This document shows, piece after piece, positions 1 to 9,236 of a DNA stretch of 62,246 nt. The notes beneath the pieces are model-generated. The model was given only the letters and a program-made list of their open reading frames with translations, ran no database searches and was not told the origin of the DNA. The stretch is from Fimbriimonadales bacterium (GTDB taxonomy: Bacteria > Armatimonadota > Fimbriimonadia > Fimbriimonadales > ATM1): contig JBGTLG010000020.1 of assembly GCA_041744215.1 (NCBI GenBank), positions 1-62,246 on the forward strand. Reading direction: 5' to 3'. How positions within the stretch are numbered: position 1 is the stretch's first letter; every line of letters begins with the position of its first letter. The position numbers were made by a program, and so were the translations under genes.

Positions 1-1
1 C

Positions 2-130
2 AGGCGCGGGTTGACGGCCGTAGCAGAGCAATACGAATGGTCGAGTGCAAAGATGTATCTGAATGGCGAAGTCGACTCGGATGGAGCTCTCGTCTCACGC
101 GAACGTAGTCTCAACAGGAGGACCAGTTGA
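2..130 (+). mobile_element. 3' end (partial) of probable REP-associated tyrosine transposase (RAYT, IS200/Y1 family)
   Basis: Frame 2 reads RRGLTAVAEQYEWSSAKMYL...TGA(128-130), matching the C-terminal NPVRxGLV..xEDYxWSSA motif of RAYT/Y1 transposases; runs off the window start. Confidence 0.6.
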
Positions 131-133
131 GAC
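105..133 (+). repeat. REP-like GTAG-initiated palindrome
   Basis: GTA-GTCTCAAC-aggaggacca-GTTGAGAC: 8-bp inverted repeat beginning within a GTAG, at the end of the putative RAYT gene. Confidence 0.4.
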
Positions 134-322
134 ATCTGAAACACCTCGACGTCGAGTTGGTCCCGGCGAAGCGTGGAGACGAAGCTCTCCGCAAAGCCGT
201 TCTGCCAAGGCGATCCAGGTTTGATGAATCTGCTCGATGCGCCTTTTTGCGAAAGGAACACCGCGAGCGAGCGAGATATGAACTCGCTCCCGTTGTCGTA
301 GCGAGTACATTTGGGTGCACCG

Positions 323-1684
323 CTACTGGTTCTGCGTTTTTTTGCCTTGATCGAGTTGGGTTACTGTGCCGATCAGAGTTTTTTCGACTTGGGCGACATT
401 GCCGCCTTGGAGGTCGCGGACGGCTTGGGCGACTTGTTGCGCTTCTTGTACTCGGCCATCTTGCATGAGGAGCATTTGCGTTTTTTGCAGATCTGCGACG
501 GCCATTGCCGCCGTGATCTGTCCTGATTTCAAGCCCATCATCGTCTTTTCAACTGCGCGACTCGCCATCGAAACTTCGACCGCTTGGGCGACGCGCGGAT
601 GCTGCGGAACCGCGCAAAGCGCTTGGTCGGCTGTGAACTCGATGATCAGATCGAGATCGACGACTTCCTGTTTGCCGGATGCGGAATCGTCGTATGTCAG
701 CCTTCCATTCATCACTCGATACTGACCGAGCGGATGATTTTGGAATTCGAGATCGACGACGACTTCGATCGCGGAGCCTTTTTCAACATCGGCCAGATCG
801 ATCGTCACTTCGCGCTGGCCATACGTGATCGTTTGACCATAAATCTGCCTTATCGCGACCCATCGCGCCGCTTTCAATTCGAGCTTTAGATTGCGCGCGG
901 CCATTGTGAACAGCTTATCGAGTTCGGTGCGGAACACTTCCGGGATCAGATCGGGGCGCTGGATGAAGTAGTAGTTGCCGCCACCGCGCTTCGCCATTCC
1001 CGCGAGCAGCTCTTCGTTGTATTCGTATCCGAAACCGAGGAAGGTGCATGTTATTCCTCGCGCTTTGATTTCGCCGACATGCTGAACCAGCGCGCCGTAG
1101 TCTTTGATGCCGGCAGTTGGATCTCCGTCGCTGAAGACGATGAGCCTTTCGACGCGACCTGGCTCTCGCGAGCCCATTATCTGTTGCGCCGCAAGCGCGA
1201 GTCCGTCGTAAAGGTTCGTCGTGTTACCCGGTTGAATGCGCTGTATGTGCTGTTTGACCAGATCTTTATTGATCACTTTGCGCGGTGGCATGAGCACTTC
1301 GACGGTTTCTTCAAACGTGACGATGCTGAGCACGTCATCTGGCGACAGCAATTCAACAACATATGAGCATGCGCGCTTTACATATTCGAGCGGGTCGCCT
1401 TCCATCGAGCCTGATCTATCGATTACCAAGCAAACGTTGAGGCCGGTTCTCGTTCCGGAGAATCCACCTCCGCCGCGCATTTCGATCAGGAATCCTTCGC
1501 GCGATGGCGCGTTTGCGAGCGCGTGTTGCCGCCCTGCGATGATTTCGATATCGAGTCCTTTGACTTGGAGTGGCGCTTGCCCGGGCTGCATCATCTGCGT
1601 GCGATTGGGATCGCTCCCAATCATTTGTGTTTTGTTTGGGTCGCCAGCCGGGACCATTTGAGTTTTGTTCGGGTCGTTCGTCAT
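323..1684 (-). CDS. vWA domain protein (YfbK/Ca-activated chloride channel homolog type) with N-terminal DPN[KR]TQM repeats
   Basis: MIDAS motif DRSGSM, TNLY and SDG; LGFGYEYNEELL..MA..GGGNYYFI typical of this vWA family. Confidence 0.85.
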   Translation of the reverse strand: MTNDPNKTQMVPAGDPNKTQMIGSDPNRTQMMQPGQAPLQVKGLDIEIIAGRQHALANAPSREGFLIEMRGGGGFSGTRTGLNVCLVIDRSGSMEGDPLEYVKRACSYVVELLSPDDVLSIVTFEETVEVLMPPRKVINKDLVKQHIQRIQPGNTTNLYDGLALAAQQIMGSREPGRVERLIVFSDGDPTAGIKDYGALVQHVGEIKARGITCTFLGFGYEYNEELLAGMAKRGGGNYYFIQRPDLIPEVFRTELDKLFTMAARNLKLELKAARWVAIRQIYGQTITYGQREVTIDLADVEKGSAIEVVVDLEFQNHPLGQYRVMNGRLTYDDSASGKQEVVDLDLIIEFTADQALCAVPQHPRVAQAVEVSMASRAVEKTMMGLKSGQITAAMAVADLQKTQMLLMQDGRVQEAQQVAQAVRDLQGGNVAQVEKTLIGTVTQLDQGKKTQNQ

Positions 1685-1689
1685 GTTGT

Positions 1690-3000
1690 TTATTCCAACC
1701 TGAAAGTCGTTGCGCCTATCGTCACTGTATCGCCTGGTCGAAGCGTCATCTCTTGTACTCTGACGCCATTCACGTGCGTTCCGTTCGTGCTTCCCAAGTC
1801 TCGCACAATTGCGCCATTTCCCGCTTGGATGATCGACGCATGGCGCCTGCTCGCCGAAGAATCAAACGAGACGAGAATGTTGCCTTCTCTTCCGACGATT
1901 GTCTCTTGGGGGCCCAATGGGAATCGCTGGCCAGCGATTGGCCCATCGAGAGCGACGAGCGCGACGCCCGCGGGAACGGCCATTGGGATTGTCGTCGGCA
2001 TGGTTGCGGCACTCGGTAGGGGCGCCGCTTGCTGCTGGATCGGCTGCGCTTGCATTGCGCGTGGGGCGTCCGCTGGGATTGGGACAGCAGAACCGCCCCT
2101 CGTTAAGAAGCGCAAGTTGTATGACCCGATGTTGATGATGTCGCCGTGGTTTAACTCTGCGGATGGCACGCGAATCCCATTCACTCCGATGCCCATGGGA
2201 GTGCCGCCGTCGACCAATCGGAAGCGACCTCCTACGCGATCGATTCGCGCGTGCATCGGCGCGATGTTGGGATCACCAAAGAGCGGTATGTGCGCAGTTT
2301 CGCTCCGTCCGACAAACGCTTGCGGAAAATCGAGCACCCACTCCTTGCCCTCGTTTCTGCCGACTTCGAGGCGTACCCACGCGCGCCTTGACAATGCAGC
2401 GACTACGCCGATGAACAATCCGATACCGAGTCCGAGCGCGAGACCCAAGATTGCGCGTCCGACCATACCAACTTCGTCGCCGCCTTTCGCCGCTGCGACG
2501 ATGTCTTGTGTTAGGCTACTCGCGAGATCGAATGTCATGCCAGCCGCGAAGCCACCGAGTGTTCCACCAATGAGACCCTGGATCGCTCTGGATACGCTTA
2601 GACCGGCAATGCCGACGCCTAAACCGAGGAATGCGCCAAAGAACAGAAACACAACCGACCGCGCCAGAATCGCTGTCTTCTGGGGAATCGGACTGCCGAG
2701 CACGTTTCCGAATAGCGCGACAGAGATTTCTGCGCCGATCCTCAGTCCGATCGATCCTGCGATCGCGCCACACAACAATCCGAGTGCTGCTCCTCGCAGG
2801 AAGTGCATTCGGCTTCCTTGATACCATCCGTTCGCGGCACCAATCGCCAATCCGATGAGGCCGCCCACAACGACGGTGAAGATCGCTTCCCATTGTTGCC
2901 ATGCAGGCGTGAATGCGGTCGGCGCAAACGGCTCCATGATCGCCCACCCCGCGATTCCACCGACTCCGCCCGCGAATGCAACAAAGAGAATTCGCCCCAC
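1690..3000 (-). CDS. Polytopic membrane protein with two C-terminal FHA domains
   Basis: About 7-8 Gly/Ala-rich TM helices, then VGRSE...HARI and VGREG...SRRHASI...DLGSTNGTHVNG FHA motifs. Confidence 0.85.
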   Translation of the reverse strand: MGRILFVAFAGGVGGIAGWAIMEPFAPTAFTPAWQQWEAIFTVVVGGLIGLAIGAANGWYQGSRMHFLRGAALGLLCGAIAGSIGLRIGAEISVALFGNVLGSPIPQKTAILARSVVFLFFGAFLGLGVGIAGLSVSRAIQGLIGGTLGGFAAGMTFDLASSLTQDIVAAAKGGDEVGMVGRAILGLALGLGIGLFIGVVAALSRRAWVRLEVGRNEGKEWVLDFPQAFVGRSETAHIPLFGDPNIAPMHARIDRVGGRFRLVDGGTPMGIGVNGIRVPSAELNHGDIINIGSYNLRFLTRGGSAVPIPADAPRAMQAQPIQQQAAPLPSAATMPTTIPMAVPAGVALVALDGPIAGQRFPLGPQETIVGREGNILVSFDSSASRRHASIIQAGNGAIVRDLGSTNGTHVNGVRVQEMTLRPGDTVTIGATTFRLE

Positions 3001-3003
3001 GTT

Positions 3004-4311
3004 CTATGTCTCCACGCGCATTCTGACCGCGCCGAACTGGACAGTGTCTCCGGTTCTGAGATCGGTGTCGCCGGAAATCTTTGTGCCATTTACGAAGGTG
3101 CCGTTGCTGCTGCCTTTATCGCGAACGATCAACCGTCCTGAAGACTTTTCGATTTCGGCATGAGCTCGGCTTACAGTCGGATCGTTTAGGATCATCTGTG
3201 CGGTTCCTGCTTCGCGCCCGACGATTGAGACGCCTTCCGGGATTGAGATCGAGTCACCTGATTCAGAAACCAACCGCGTTGCGGTTCCAATCGATGGCGC
3301 GGGGGTAGCGGGAGATTGAGACGGCTGCTGCGGTGAATCTGCGCGGCACATGCACGACGCCTCCGGTTCGCCGCAGTAGGGGCAATGTCCTGGCGGGACG
3401 ACTGGTGCGCTCGATGCAACCTCCTTGCTCGACGGTTCGGAAACTGGGAGACCTGCGGTGTCTGTGCCGTCTGGGATTTGAATCCCGAGCGATTGCAGGC
3501 TGCCGGAAACCTGCCCTTGATTCTTCTTGAGGAACCGAATCAGCAACACAAGAACAGTTGCGACGCCCGCAAGCACAAAGAGCCAGAGGAGGAATTGTCC
3601 GCAGGTGCGGACGATGCCTCCAGCGGGGGAATCGTCGCCTTCATCCGGTGCTGATTCTTGGCTGCCTCTTTGTCCTTGGGCTGGTGGAGCTTGCTCTCTT
3701 GGCTCGTCTTCGTCGCCGCTGTCGGTCGCACCGGCCGGAGACGAGATCGCAATCTTTCTAACGGGGACGAGTTCCGTTCTGTTGAGCGGTAGGGTGAGCG
3801 TTTGCACCGGGCTCATTCTCTCGGCACCTACCTCGCCATACTTGACTGTGACTTGCACCGTCCCGTGTGGAACGTGGTAAAGCCTTGCTTCGTCGCGAAT
3901 GATTGGAGCTTGCGACTGACGCGCGCCGCTTTCGATCACTACGATTCCCGATTTGAGCAGTTTGCCATCGAGTTCGACGATGATGACGACTTCTGAGATT
4001 CCGTAGTCTTCGTCGGTGATCTTCCATTCCGGCGTCGCTTCGGATACGGGTTTGATGGCAAGGTTTCCAGATGCTCTTTCGAGTGCGACGATGTAGCCGG
4101 ATTCGCGACCGTCGGGAATGTCGAGATTAACTTCGCTTGTTGAGAAATTGCGTCCACCGCCAGGCGTGGACGTTGGGACTTCGGGGAGCACCCAAACTGT
4201 GTGAGTTGTGTTTGGTGGAAAAACGACTTTCACTTTTCCCGCTGCATTTGCACATGCGACCAGTGAAAGCGCAAGCGCGCTAATTGTCGCTCTCTTCCAG
4301 TTCATCTTCAT
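3004..4311 (-). CDS. Single-pass membrane protein: exported N-terminal domain, CxxC-x6-CxC motif, C-terminal FHA domain
   Basis: Start set at ATG 4311 (or 4305) after AGGAG; signal peptide, TM FLLWLFVLAGVATVLVLLI, CPYCGEPEASCMC, FHA VGRE...SRAHAEI...GSSNGTFVNG. Confidence 0.8.
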   Translation of the reverse strand: MKMNWKRATISALALSLVACANAAGKVKVVFPPNTTHTVWVLPEVPTSTPGGGRNFSTSEVNLDIPDGRESGYIVALERASGNLAIKPVSEATPEWKITDEDYGISEVVIIVELDGKLLKSGIVVIESGARQSQAPIIRDEARLYHVPHGTVQVTVKYGEVGAERMSPVQTLTLPLNRTELVPVRKIAISSPAGATDSGDEDEPREQAPPAQGQRGSQESAPDEGDDSPAGGIVRTCGQFLLWLFVLAGVATVLVLLIRFLKKNQGQVSGSLQSLGIQIPDGTDTAGLPVSEPSSKEVASSAPVVPPGHCPYCGEPEASCMCRADSPQQPSQSPATPAPSIGTATRLVSESGDSISIPEGVSIVGREAGTAQMILNDPTVSRAHAEIEKSSGRLIVRDKGSSNGTFVNGTKISGDTDLRTGDTVQFGAVRMRVET

Positions 4312-5896
4312 CGAACTCCTCCTCATATTCATCCGGTTCGTCTTCATCATCGTCTTCGATCAGTTCGTTGACCACCTCATCGACTTGCGCGGCCCTCGCT
4401 ACTGGAATCTCGTCGGCTATGTCTGAAGCGACTGCGCCCATGCCTCCTGAGAATCTGGCTGATAATGACTGCCCTGCGAGCCCGTGCAGAAAAGCTGAAA
4501 CTGCGGCGGCATCGTTAGGTTGAAGCTCCATCGCCAGCATTGCTGCGATCATGCCCGACAGCACATCGCCTGATCCAGCCGTCGCAAGCAACATGTGTCC
4601 GGTGAGATTCACCGCAACCTCATCTTCCGAGACGATAAGTGACGCAGGGCCCTTCAACACGACGGTCGCGCGATACTTCTTTGCGAGTAAGCGCGCGGAA
4701 CCGAATCGGTCTTTGCGAATCTCATTCGCATCGACGCTGAGGAGTCGAGCTGCCTCGCCTTCGTGCGGAGTGATCACTGATTGTGCGGGTATCGACGATC
4801 GTTCGTTGAGGAAGAAGAGGGCGTCCGCGTCGATAACTGTTGGAACTTCGATTTGCGAGAGAGCGGCCTCCAGGAACTGTGCCACGGCTTCGGATCTTCC
4901 CAAGCCTGGTCCGATACAAACTGCGTCGAAGCTTGACGACTGATCGATGATCAGCTTCGCGGATTCGGCAGCGATTCCGCCATCTTTTTCGGGCAAGCGC
5001 AGCAGCGGGCATTCTGGAATGTGAGCACGTATCGCCTCGATTGTCGAGCCCGTTCCTGCAACCACGACGAGGCCCGCTCCTGTTCGATACGCTCCGCGCG
5101 CAGCGAGAACCGCTGCGCCGGGATACATGTCTGAGCCCGCCACGATCAAAACCGTGCCAGCAGAGCGCTTGTTTGCGTCACGCCTGCGGATGGGCGCTGT
5201 TTCAAAAAACCAATCTCTGCCGAGCATCCAAGCGCGACCTGCTTTCGAAGTTAGCTCGTTTGGAAGGCCGATGTCGCCGACATACCAGTTACCGGACGCA
5301 CCAGCACCTTGATTCTGAAAGAGAAATGGCTTTGGCAACCCGAGCGTGACGGTGATATCTGCGCGAACAAAGACACCATGCGCGATGCCCGTATCGCACT
5401 CGATGCCACTCGGAATGTCTGCGCTCACTACCGCGACGGGCGCGCCCGAAACCCATTCAATAAGGCGGGCCACCTCTCCTTTGGGCGCTCCCTCTGCACC
5501 CGTACCAAGGAGGCAATCGAATGCGGTATCGAACTCGTGCGGTTGCGAGAGAGCGCGTTCGTAGTCGGGTTCACCAGGTTCTGAGACATTGACGCCCGAC
5601 TCCACCGTCCGCCGATACTGAACAAGGTTCTCGCCTCGCAATGCAGACGACGCGACCGCCAGCAACACGCGAACTTCGCGGCCGTACTCTTTCAGGATTC
5701 TTGCCGCAACAAGCCCATCGCCTCCGTTGTTTCCTGGGCCGCAGAGGACGACAATGTTCTCAGGGACAAACTCGGTTGCCATCATGTGCACGATGGATCG
5801 GCCAGCGTTTTCCATCATCGCGCGTTCCGTCAGACCGAACTTTGCAGCCGCTTTGGCTTCAAGCGCGCGCATCTCCTTTGCGGTGACAATCCTCAT
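4280..5896 (-). CDS. nnr: Bifunctional NAD(P)H-hydrate epimerase/dehydratase
   Basis: YjeF_N motifs (MENAG, CGPGNNGGDG, DIPSG) and YjeF_C motifs (IGPGLG, DADAL, TPHEGEAARLL, ATAGSGDVLSG). Confidence 0.93.
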   Translation of the reverse strand: MRIVTAKEMRALEAKAAAKFGLTERAMMENAGRSIVHMMATEFVPENIVVLCGPGNNGGDGLVAARILKEYGREVRVLLAVASSALRGENLVQYRRTVESGVNVSEPGEPDYERALSQPHEFDTAFDCLLGTGAEGAPKGEVARLIEWVSGAPVAVVSADIPSGIECDTGIAHGVFVRADITVTLGLPKPFLFQNQGAGASGNWYVGDIGLPNELTSKAGRAWMLGRDWFFETAPIRRRDANKRSAGTVLIVAGSDMYPGAAVLAARGAYRTGAGLVVVAGTGSTIEAIRAHIPECPLLRLPEKDGGIAAESAKLIIDQSSSFDAVCIGPGLGRSEAVAQFLEAALSQIEVPTVIDADALFFLNERSSIPAQSVITPHEGEAARLLSVDANEIRKDRFGSARLLAKKYRATVVLKGPASLIVSEDEVAVNLTGHMLLATAGSGDVLSGMIAAMLAMELQPNDAAAVSAFLHGLAGQSLSARFSGGMGAVASDIADEIPVARAAQVDEVVNELIEDDDEDEPDEYEEEFDEDELEESDN

Positions 5897-6384
5897 TGCG
5901 TCTCCCTCTTCTTTCGAGACAGCCTGCCGCCGCAGCCGACGTGGAAATAGGCTCGAAATCGCTTTAGCGGGCGCACTCTTCCGAAGCTCTCACCACACCT
6001 TTCGCACACCAAGAAGAACTTGGGCGTCATTGAGTTTCGTTCGCAATCATACGCATGGAACGCGTCAGGTCTTAATCCGAACAACTGCATCACTTTACGC
6101 CACTCTCGTCCGTGGGGACGAGCAGCGGGCCCGTATCTTTCGAACACATACAGATGGGCGTACTCGTGAATAACAGTTTCGCGAACTTTGGCAGGCGTGT
6201 CGAGGATTCGTTTGCTAAGGCAAATCAGATTATCTCGCATGTACGCCCGTCCGGCAGTTACGCGGTAGTTCTTCCATTCGATGCGCGGCTCGACCCGAAC
6301 CTTCAGTCGACGCATAGCCTCGCGAAGGGCGTCATGTGCGACTTCGTCCAGGTCTTCCGTGAGGGAGTCGAAGAGCGACAACAC
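5893..6384 (-). CDS. SprT-like zinc metalloprotease
   Basis: TAGRA, ETVIHEYAHL, PHGREW and C-terminal CxxC. Confidence 0.85.
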   Translation of the reverse strand: MLSLFDSLTEDLDEVAHDALREAMRRLKVRVEPRIEWKNYRVTAGRAYMRDNLICLSKRILDTPAKVRETVIHEYAHLYVFERYGPAARPHGREWRKVMQLFGLRPDAFHAYDCERNSMTPKFFLVCERCGESFGRVRPLKRFRAYFHVGCGGRLSRKKRETQ

Positions 6385-6415
6385 CCGCCGATCTTACTTG
6401 GAATTAAGGCGCGAA

Positions 6416-6447
6416 CGCCCCTGCCCTGCTTACGCAGGGCAGGGGCG
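6416..6447 (-). terminator. 14-bp GC-rich hairpin with GNRA loop after htrA
   Basis: CGCCCCTGCCCTGC-ttac-GCAGGGCAGGGGCG; GUAA loop on the minus strand; weak U-tract. Confidence 0.6.
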
Positions 6448-6459
6448 CTCCCATGAGAT

Positions 6460-7941
6460 TTAGAAGGTTATCGTGACGGTCATGTAGGCAACCCCCGCGC
6501 GCGTCTGTCGCGCGAGCGTGATCATGGATCGGTCGCCCCGCTTGAACTTTGCGACTGTTTCTTGGAGTTGCTCAGGGCTCGTGATCTCGATGTCGCCTAC
6601 CTTGAGGAGGACGGAGTTCTCTTGAACGCGGGCCCGCGCGGCTGGAGACCCGGGCTCAACGGCTGTTATGAGAACACCTTTCCCAGTCGGCGACAAAGAC
6701 TTGGTCTCTTCGTCGAGCGGCGCGACTGAGACGCCCAGGCGCACCGGCCCGGTGGTCGGGCCACCTTCAGCGGATTCTCCGCCAGACCCCGGTCCGAACC
6801 ATCCGAACGGGTCTCGGAATCTGTCCGGCACGCGATCGGGCGGCGTGGGTCGATTCGGAGCCGAAGCCTGCGCAGCGTCCGGTCGCGATGCCAGCTCGAT
6901 CTGCGTCGAAAGGGTCTTACCATCGCGAACATAGCTGAGCGCGACTTTCTCGCCTGGCTTGTGCTCGACCATGGCATTCCGAATATCGAGTTCGCCACGG
7001 ACAGGCGCATCGCCAATCTTGACGATCACGTCGCCTTCTTTGAGACCCGCGTTCGACGCAGGCGCACCTTGCTCGACTGATCGAACGATCGCACCTTGCG
7101 CGACGCCGGTTTCTTCAGCTTCGTATCCGAGAAGATTTGCAGGCGTCAGTCCCATGTACGCACGCGTTACAGAGCCATCTTTAACGAGGGCATTGGCGAT
7201 CGCTTTGGCCATGTTCGCAGGGATTGCGAAACCTACGCCTGAGTTCTGACCCATGGTCGTGTTGATTGCCGTATTGATGCCAACGATTTCGCCGCGGATA
7301 CTGAGGAGCGGGCCACCGGAGTTTCCTGGGTTGATGGCAGCATCGGTTTGAATCAAGTCGAAGTACGGGCGTGCACCGCCGACAGGGCCGCCTGCCCACT
7401 GATTCGAACGATTGATGGCGCTAACGTGGCCAAATGTAATGCTCTGTTGAAGTCCGAACGGAGAGCCGACCGCGACTACCATCTGACCCGGCTTAACCGC
7501 TTCGCTGTCGGCAAACTGCAGGGCTCTGAGATTTTTGCGCTCGACTTTGATGACTGCAAGATCACTCATTTGGTCGGCAAAGACCTTGCCTTTTTCTTGC
7601 TTCCCATCATTGAAGGTGACGGTGACTTCACTCGTGTTCGCGACGACATGCGCGTTTGTCAGGATGTAGCCGTCAGCGCGAAAGATGACGCCTGACCCTT
7701 CGCCGCGCCCAGCGATGTCGAGGTGGACGACGCTCGGCATCACTTTCTCGCCAAGCTTTACTTGCGCTTGTTCGATTCGGGCAAGAGCGTCGTAATCGCT
7801 TTGCGTCATGACTGAAGGCTCGGCGGGATCCGCGAGAGCTGGCCGCACCGAGTGGAAGAAGATGCCCATGCCGACGGCACCAACGGCGACGCCAGCAAGA
7901 ACTGCCCAGCCGAGCTGGGTACTGAACAATTTTCGGATCAC
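6460..7941 (-). CDS. htrA: HtrA/DegP-family serine protease with two PDZ domains
   Basis: LTNAHVV, DLAVIK, IQTDAAINPGNSGGPL triad motifs; start set at GTG 7941 behind GGAGGT; N-terminal TM. Confidence 0.92.
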   Translation of the reverse strand: MIRKLFSTQLGWAVLAGVAVGAVGMGIFFHSVRPALADPAEPSVMTQSDYDALARIEQAQVKLGEKVMPSVVHLDIAGRGEGSGVIFRADGYILTNAHVVANTSEVTVTFNDGKQEKGKVFADQMSDLAVIKVERKNLRALQFADSEAVKPGQMVVAVGSPFGLQQSITFGHVSAINRSNQWAGGPVGGARPYFDLIQTDAAINPGNSGGPLLSIRGEIVGINTAINTTMGQNSGVGFAIPANMAKAIANALVKDGSVTRAYMGLTPANLLGYEAEETGVAQGAIVRSVEQGAPASNAGLKEGDVIVKIGDAPVRGELDIRNAMVEHKPGEKVALSYVRDGKTLSTQIELASRPDAAQASAPNRPTPPDRVPDRFRDPFGWFGPGSGGESAEGGPTTGPVRLGVSVAPLDEETKSLSPTGKGVLITAVEPGSPAARARVQENSVLLKVGDIEITSPEQLQETVAKFKRGDRSMITLARQTRAGVAYMTVTITF

Positions 7942-7970
7942 TTTTGGACCTCCGTATCTCAAGATTGAGT

Positions 7971-9236
7971 TTAGCGCGCTTCCCAGAAGCGCGCCAGACC
8001 GCTGCGTACGTCCGAGTCCTTCTTTCCGAAGTACTTCGAGATCTCCATCGCGCAGCGACCTCTTGTTAAGTATCCAACGCATTTTGAACGCCGTTCGTCG
8101 TCACGTCCGGCAAGAATGAGACTTGTGACCGCCTCGTCGAATCCAAGACCACGCGATCTGAGGCTCGTCACGACGCTTTCCGGCACGCTGAACATCTCCG
8201 CGGCCCTGGCGCTGAGCGCGGCTTCGCGGGCCGCTGTGCTTTCCCGAAGCGCCGCGATTACTCGCTCGCGCCCGGCACTGGTTATGTCGCCCTCAACTGC
8301 CAAGAGCAGCCCTTCGAGTTCGAAGTCGCCCCGAGAGCTGTTGGCGCGCCACGGTGGATTTTCAGCGTTTGCGCGTGCCTGATAGATCGTTAGGTTGGTC
8401 GCGCCGTCTGTGTAGCGCAGCGCAGCCATCGCGCGATTGTTTGCAATGATTGCGTCGGCGCCAGTCAGCAAGAATCCGAACGGCATTCTGATCGGCTGCC
8501 GAATGCCGAAGCCCACTCGCCTTTCTAACTCCTCGACAGTCGCCATGCGAATCGGCGCCTGAACGTGAAGCTGACGAGGTTCGCCGGCGATCTTGATGCG
8601 AAACGTTTCTTCGGGCATTGAGCTTGGAAAGTCGATGCTGAGCGTATCGCTAACGATCTGCCGCCGGCCATCGAGCTCCTGCCATTCAACTCGGAGCAAA
8701 ACCGACTTCTCGTCATCGACCCAGAATCTGCGTGTGAATAGAGGTGCACCTCGTTCGGGCGAGATGCGCACGATCATCGCCTTGCGTCCTGCAACTGTGT
8801 CGGAGCCCTCGCCGCGAACGGTGTAGTTTCGCTTCAGAAGCTCGTACCGAACGGCCGGGTCGCCGACGACACCTCTCTTGATAGGAGAGTCCTGGATGAT
8901 CAACGTCCGCCGATCTGGGAAGAACTGCACCCAGTTCTTGCCGTTGTCGACAGAAGTTTCGCCTTGCCTCGAAAGCGGTGACAATACGAGGACGGAGTTG
9001 TAACCTGCATCGGACTGATCCCGACGAACCCGCATCGGTTCTTTTGCTCCCCATCCGTGAATCACCCGAACGGCAGAGTAGTTCGTGCGCAAATCGCGCT
9101 CCATTGCTTTCTTAATTGTTGAGAGCGCACGGAAATCGGGCTGCGCGATTGATGTCGCCGCCGCTGAAAGCAGGCAGCACACCGCAACTCCGCGGACTGC
9201 TGCGCTCAACTTATCTGTTGCTCGCGGCCCCGTCAT
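7971..9236 (-). CDS. MucB/RseB-like periplasmic sigma-E regulator with C-terminal extension
   Basis: Signal peptide; LLKRNYTV..G.DTVAGRKA...RRFWVDDEKSVLLR and YTDGATNLTIYQ are RseB/LolA-like; lies between anti-sigma and htrA. Confidence 0.7.
   Translation of the reverse strand: MTGPRATDKLSAAVRGVAVCCLLSAAATSIAQPDFRALSTIKKAMERDLRTNYSAVRVIHGWGAKEPMRVRRDQSDAGYNSVLVLSPLSRQGETSVDNGKNWVQFFPDRRTLIIQDSPIKRGVVGDPAVRYELLKRNYTVRGEGSDTVAGRKAMIVRISPERGAPLFTRRFWVDDEKSVLLRVEWQELDGRRQIVSDTLSIDFPSSMPEETFRIKIAGEPRQLHVQAPIRMATVEELERRVGFGIRQPIRMPFGFLLTGADAIIANNRAMAALRYTDGATNLTIYQARANAENPPWRANSSRGDFELEGLLLAVEGDITSAGRERVIAALRESTAAREAALSARAAEMFSVPESVVTSLRSRGLGFDEAVTSLILAGRDDERRSKCVGYLTRGRCAMEISKYFGKKDSDVRSGLARFWEAR

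Noticed and set aside
1523-2821. 432-aa plus-strand ORF
   Set aside because: Antisense shadow of the FHA membrane gene; no motifs or RBS
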